Positions 59,608-64,000 of a stretch of 64,000 bases of DNA are shown piece after piece. Numbering within the stretch: the first letter of the stretch is position 1; each line of letters opens with the position of its first letter. The notes beneath the pieces were generated by a model that made no database searches, was not told where the DNA came from, and saw only the letters and a list, made by a program, of their open reading frames with translations. This stretch comes from Promethearchaeota archaeon (GTDB lineage: Archaea; Asgardarchaeota; Lokiarchaeia; Sigyniarchaeales; SOKP01), in the NCBI GenBank assembly GCA_048937405.1, contig JBHLNF010000007.1:64001-128000 (forward strand). The letters are read 5' to 3'. A program made the position numbers and the translations under genes.

Positions 59608-60504
59608 TTAATTTAGATTAACATTAAAATTAAATGTTACATTATGTAAAAATTCTTTATATCGAGAGCGAAGTGTTACTTCAGTGACTCCTATTATTTT
59701 AGATATATCTTTCTGACTTACTTTTTGATTTTTTAGTTTCGCTACCAAATATATTGCACCTGCACATAAACCTTTAGGATCTTTTCCACAGATAGAAGTG
59801 TTCTCTATGAAATTCTGTAACACTTTTATAGCTTCCTTCTCTATATTAATCGATAAACCTAAATCAGCACAGTAGCGTGGAATAAGGGATACAGGATCAA
59901 TATGAGGTGATTTTAAGTTCAATTCTCTTACTAAGATCTTATAGCACTTCTTCACAATATTATCATTTATAGAAGCCTCATCTAAGATTTCTTGAAGAGT
60001 AATAGGAACTTTCTCCTGTTTGCATACATAATAAGCACATGCAGCAATCATACCATTTATAGATCTGCCCCTTAAGAGATTCCTTTTAAATACTTCTTTA
60101 TATAATCGAACGGCTGATTTTTTTACACGTTCTGGAAAATTGAGATTACCTCCAATTCTCTTTAATTCAGTTATAGCAATTAACATATTACGTTTTTCCC
60201 AAGATAAGTGAGTATTCCATTTCGCGGCTCTTCTTAAATCGGGATTTTTAATTTTTGTCCGATCAATTATCGTACTCAACCCGATGTCAGGCATTAAAAT
60301 TGAAATCGGACATCCCGTTCGTTCTTTTTTATCTTTCTCTTGCTTAGAATAAGCCCTTATACCACTGTGAGATACATCAACGGCTTTTTCAGATACTACT
60401 AAACCGCAATGTTGACATACTATCTCCCCTCTCTGATGAATATCTATTGTTGATCCACCACATTCAGGACAAAAACCAGTTTGAGGTGAAATTTCTACAA
60501 CCAT
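59608..60504 (-). CDS. tfb: Transcription initiation factor IIB
   Basis: CPECG...GEIVCQHCG, LLRGRS, GKDPKG, VTEVTLRSRYKE. Confidence 0.95.
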   Translation of the reverse strand: MVVEISPQTGFCPECGGSTIDIHQRGEIVCQHCGLVVSEKAVDVSHSGIRAYSKQEKDKKERTGCPISILMPDIGLSTIIDRTKIKNPDLRRAAKWNTHLSWEKRNMLIAITELKRIGGNLNFPERVKKSAVRLYKEVFKRNLLRGRSINGMIAACAYYVCKQEKVPITLQEILDEASINDNIVKKCYKILVRELNLKSPHIDPVSLIPRYCADLGLSINIEKEAIKVLQNFIENTSICGKDPKGLCAGAIYLVAKLKNQKVSQKDISKIIGVTEVTLRSRYKEFLHNVTFNFNVNLN

Positions 60505-61109
60505 TGTTTAAACCCTTATCAAAAAATATTTAATATTAGCTTTTTTTACACACACAATAGAAAAGAATTTTTCTTTTGTTGTAAAAAAGAATATTTGTTA
60601 TTATAAAATATTAATCATTTACTGATATTTAAATGTTATTGTGATAACAAATAATTATTAATACTCTTTATTTGTATAAAAAGATATCTAGATAAATTTT
60701 TTTTTATAATTATTGTTAGTACAAACTATTAATTAATTTGTTTAAAATTATTATAATATACACAATATATTTTTATTCGATTTATTTTATAACAAATAAA
60801 ATAACCTACTCTAATTTTAATGAAATACAAGATAAGTAGGGCAATAATTCTAATTTTTTCATATACAAATACGAATTAATCAAAATTTTTTTTATCTTTT
60901 TGTGTACAAATTAATATTCACAAGAACGATTATCAAATAAAAAAATGTTAAATAATAGTTTTTTTATTAAATGTTCAAGCAAAAACTAGTTAGGATTAGG
61001 TTGTACAAAAATTAACCCCATTAAAAATACTGAGGAAAATGACAGCAATGATGATGAAGAAGAGTATCATATCAATAATAATGACAATTCTTTTGAAAAA
61101 ACAGAAGAA

Positions 61110-61943
61110 ATGAAAAAATATGAGAAGGAAACTGGGCGTTATGCTATTTGGCGGGGTGTAATAACTGAAGGTTTTAGAAGGTGGCAAAAAGGAGAGAAAG
61201 TGTATCATAGAGATAAAGAACGTATCTCTTTGTATGTATCTGAAGATACAAAATTAAAATGGTTAAATTATACTAAAAATAATGGAGAATTAACCATTTC
61301 TAAGTTAATAAGGGAAGCAGTTTCATCATTTATAGAAAGTAAATCTAATGGATCTCAACATAGTTTATCAAAATTAAATCCTCAAACAATTTCAAATATT
61401 TCTCACACCTTAAAAGAACCATTAACTTCAATTAAGGGGTATTCACAATTATTACTTGAGAATTACAGGGAGAAATTGAATAATCAGGTTCTAGATACTG
61501 TAAGAAATATCTTTGAACAGAGCATCCTCCTTGAGAAGAAAATAATAAATATTTTAGATAATATAAAAGTAGAATCTGAGTATGATGTGTTATTAATAGA
61601 AGATGATCTCGCGACTATTAGATTAATATCAAGTTATTTTGAGAGTAAGGGATTCAGATGTAGAGGTGTAGTGAGCGGTTCAAAAGGTTTGGAGGAATTA
61701 GGAAACACAATTCCAAAATTAATTTTATTGGATATAATCTTGCCTGATCTGAGTGGGTATGATATCTGTAAAACGATCAAGTCGGATAAAGAATGGACTA
61801 AAATTCCAATTTTCTTTTTAACAGCTATAGCGGGAAGTGAAGTCGAAAAGAACTTATCTGACACAAAAGCAGATGGCTATATTTTAAAACCTTTTAATTT
61901 CTCTGATTTTGAAATAATTTTTGATATATTAAATAAAAGTTAA
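61110..61943 (+). CDS. RHH plus HisKA-like plus receiver-domain regulator (paralog 1)
   Basis: AIWRG motif; RISLYVS..ISKLIREAV; ISHTLKEPLTSIKG; LLIEDD, LDIILP, KPF; frame open upstream to 60990. Confidence 0.82.
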   Translation: MKKYEKETGRYAIWRGVITEGFRRWQKGEKVYHRDKERISLYVSEDTKLKWLNYTKNNGELTISKLIREAVSSFIESKSNGSQHSLSKLNPQTISNISHTLKEPLTSIKGYSQLLLENYREKLNNQVLDTVRNIFEQSILLEKKIINILDNIKVESEYDVLLIEDDLATIRLISSYFESKGFRCRGVVSGSKGLEELGNTIPKLILLDIILPDLSGYDICKTIKSDKEWTKIPIFFLTAIAGSEVEKNLSDTKADGYILKPFNFSDFEIIFDILNKS

Positions 61944-62218
61944 GACGAAAATAGCTCTTTAACAATTATACTATTCTTAAAGATTGATTAAATTAGATCT
62001 TAAAAATATAAGTATTGGCTTTTATTGTGATAATATTATTAATAGATAATAAAAAAAATATATAAGTGGATAAAAAACTACATTATAGTGAAATTAATTG
62101 TAAATATTAATTGAATCCATCTAGATTGTTATTAAAAAAGAAAAATGGATGGAGTTTGATATAAAAAACGTAAAATGTTTTTGCATATCTTTGCATATCT
62201 ATTCACCAGTACCTATTA

Positions 62219-63229
62219 GTGTTTACAAAAATTGTAAGATATGATAAAAAAAGAGAGATGAGAAAAATTTCAAAAGATTCTAAAACCAAAAAAAATACGA
62301 GTGAAAAACCTACAAGAGATGCATCCGAAAGAAGAAGTATGACTGATAAAGAGATTGCTAATCTTGATTTAGAGAGTAAGGAAGCTAAACAACTCATGGA
62401 AGAATATCAAGAAGAAACCGATAAATATGCTATTTGGCGTGGTTCTATTACAGAAGGATTTAAAAAGTGGTTAAAAGGTGAAAAAATATATGACAGAGAT
62501 AAAGAAAGAATCTCTCTTTACGTATCAGAAGAGACTAAGCAGAATTGGCAAGATTTTAAAGAATTAAATAATTATTCAACAATCTCAGCTTTGATTAGAG
62601 AGAGTGTTGACTATTATATTGAACAAAAATCAGATCTTTTTGGAGAAGGATTGCGTAGGATGGATGATAAGACCATTTCAAACATCTCTCATGCCTTAAA
62701 GGAGCCATTAACAACCATTAAGGGGTTCAGTCAGCTTCTTTTAGAAAATTATAATGATGAATTAAATGAAGAAGTACTGGTTACTATCAAAAATATTTTT
62801 GATCAGAGTTTACTCCTTGAAAATAAGATTATTAATATTTTAGATAATATTGCTATAGAAGAACCACATCCCCAATATGATATATTATTAATTGAAGATG
62901 ATTTAGCAACAATTCGATTACTTACGAGTTACTTCGAAAGCAAAGGATATAAATGTAAAGGAGTGGTGAGCGGAACAAAAGGCTTAGAAGAGTTAAGAGG
63001 AGGTATTCCTAGACTTATTTTATTAGATATCATCCTACCAGATATTTCAGGTTATGAAATCTGCAAAATGATTAAGGATCATAAAAAGTATAAAGATATA
63101 CCTGTGTATTTATTAACAGCAATCCCGGGATCAGAAGTAGAGAAGAAAATGGGTGAAACTCATGCTGATGGATATATTTTAAAACCATTTGATTTTTCGG
63201 ATTTTGAAGTTGTATTTAAATATTTATAA
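62219..63229 (+). CDS. RHH plus HisKA-like plus receiver-domain regulator (paralog 2)
   Basis: Same architecture as 61110..61943; start may be at a later ATG. Confidence 0.82.
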   Translation: MFTKIVRYDKKREMRKISKDSKTKKNTSEKPTRDASERRSMTDKEIANLDLESKEAKQLMEEYQEETDKYAIWRGSITEGFKKWLKGEKIYDRDKERISLYVSEETKQNWQDFKELNNYSTISALIRESVDYYIEQKSDLFGEGLRRMDDKTISNISHALKEPLTTIKGFSQLLLENYNDELNEEVLVTIKNIFDQSLLLENKIINILDNIAIEEPHPQYDILLIEDDLATIRLLTSYFESKGYKCKGVVSGTKGLEELRGGIPRLILLDIILPDISGYEICKMIKDHKKYKDIPVYLLTAIPGSEVEKKMGETHADGYILKPFDFSDFEVVFKYL

Positions 63230-63277
63230 TTTTTTTAGATTAATTCTAAGTTTTATCCTTTTTTCTCAAAAAATTAA

Positions 63278-63381
63278 CGGGCTATGAGGGAATTTCGCGC
63301 TCACCATTCTTTAAAGAGCGATTCGAACCCCCGACCTGCCGGTTAAGAGCCGGTTGCGCTACCTGCCTGCGCCAATAGCCC
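63278..63381 (-). tRNA. tRNA-Lys(CUU) with 30-nt non-canonical intron at 59/60 (63292-63321)
   Basis: GGGCTAT/ATAGCCC acceptor stem, CT-CTT-AA loop; BHB with TTCG/CGAA helix, bulges AA|T and AT|T, intron stem CGCTC/GAGCG. Confidence 0.93.
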
Positions 63382-63420
63382 ATATATTATACCATATATT
63401 ACCGATTGAAAGCTATAATA

Positions 63421-63522
63421 CGCAGATGGAGGGACTCGAACCCCCGAGCGCTCACGCGCACCGGCTCACTCGGTTGTGAAAAACACTCAAGGCCGGCGTC
63501 TTACCAGCTAGGCTACATCTGC
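63421..63522 (-). tRNA. tRNA-Ser(UGA) with 19-nt canonical 37/38 intron (63467-63485)
   Basis: GCAGATG/CATCTGC acceptor stem, long variable arm; BHB with CTTG/CGAG helix, bulges AG|T and TG|A, intron stem GTT/AAC. Confidence 0.93.
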
Positions 63523-63700
63523 AATTATATAACCATAAATAAATTGTTCATAAATCGTAATTAATGGCTATTAAATTAGAGTATATTCTATAAAATAAAT
63601 TTTTTTCATTTTGTACTGCTTTTAAAACTATTTTCTTGCATTAGATAAAGAAAACTATAAATTTTATGCTACATTGACCTCTAATTGAGTTGGGTAAGAA

Positions 63701-64000
63701 ATGAGCGCGGCAAAGGATTTTCGTTATTTAATACCTGAAAGTTTATTCAAAGAGATTACTCAAAAGGCAGCGGAAGAGTACCCTATGATAGTTCATGGGT
63801 GGTTGTTTGCCGATCGTAAAGAAAATTTTGGAATCTGCAAAAAGTTCATTATGAACCCTGATTTACGAAAAAACAAAGTCCATGTCAAACCAAGAAGTTG
63901 GATGCGCTACAAAAAGTCTAAAATCTATAACATGCGCAAGTTTAAAGCCGAACTGGGGGTAGACATTGTATGGATGTGGCATAGTCACCCTTCTGGTAAT
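63701..64000 (+). CDS. JAB/MPN-domain protein, partial
   Basis: Not in ORF track; MSAAKDFRYLIPESLFKEITQKAAEEYPMIVHGWLF...DIVWMWHSHPSGN carries the HSHP motif. Confidence 0.75.
   Translation, partial: MSAAKDFRYLIPESLFKEITQKAAEEYPMIVHGWLFADRKENFGICKKFIMNPDLRKNKVHVKPRSWMRYKKSKIYNMRKFKAELGVDIVWMWHSHPSGN

Noticed and set aside
5232-62397. Many short ORFs overlapping longer genes (e.g. 5232, 7882, 9451, 11310, 14433, 14528, 16183, 17832, 18641, 23079, 31086, 38025, 43551, 44119, 57895, 60996, 62203)
   Set aside because: Shadow or alternate-frame ORFs with no motifs, overlapping better-supported genes

Overview
Very AT-rich archaeal chromosomal window, most consistent with an Asgard archaeon of the Lokiarchaeia type. 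This assignment is inferred from gatDE, TFB, fibrillarin/Nop5, Elf1, pelota, a Rab-like GTPase, AN1 and LITAF zinc fingers and the low GC; no database search was run. Housekeeping genes (hisG, pelA, mat, rnhB, flpA, nop5, pyrDK, elp3, gatED, rpl2, tfb, two intron-containing tRNAs) alternate with accessory cassettes. Main results: (1) rnhB and elp3 are each broken by a short insertion (29 and 31 nt). Each folds into bulge-helix-bulge (BHB) geometry matching the two tRNA introns in the window, and BHB-predicted excision exactly restores the frame and a conserved motif, so these are candidate tRNA-type mRNA introns. (2) A candidate actin/membrane module: an uncalled 50-aa WH2-like mini-protein, a BAR-like helical protein, and a coiled-coil/proline-rich protein with a VASP-FAB-like tail. 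(3) Accessory genes are bounded by decayed copies of the ends of resident genes: three relic pyrK 3' ends and one relic 5' end of a zinc-ribbon gene. (4) An unannotated operon with an AAA ATPase, a degenerate SMC-like protein and a KITE-like winged-helix protein, interrupted by an island encoding a phosphoesterase/radical-SAM fusion and a nucleotidyltransferase. All family assignments come from motif recognition by eye.
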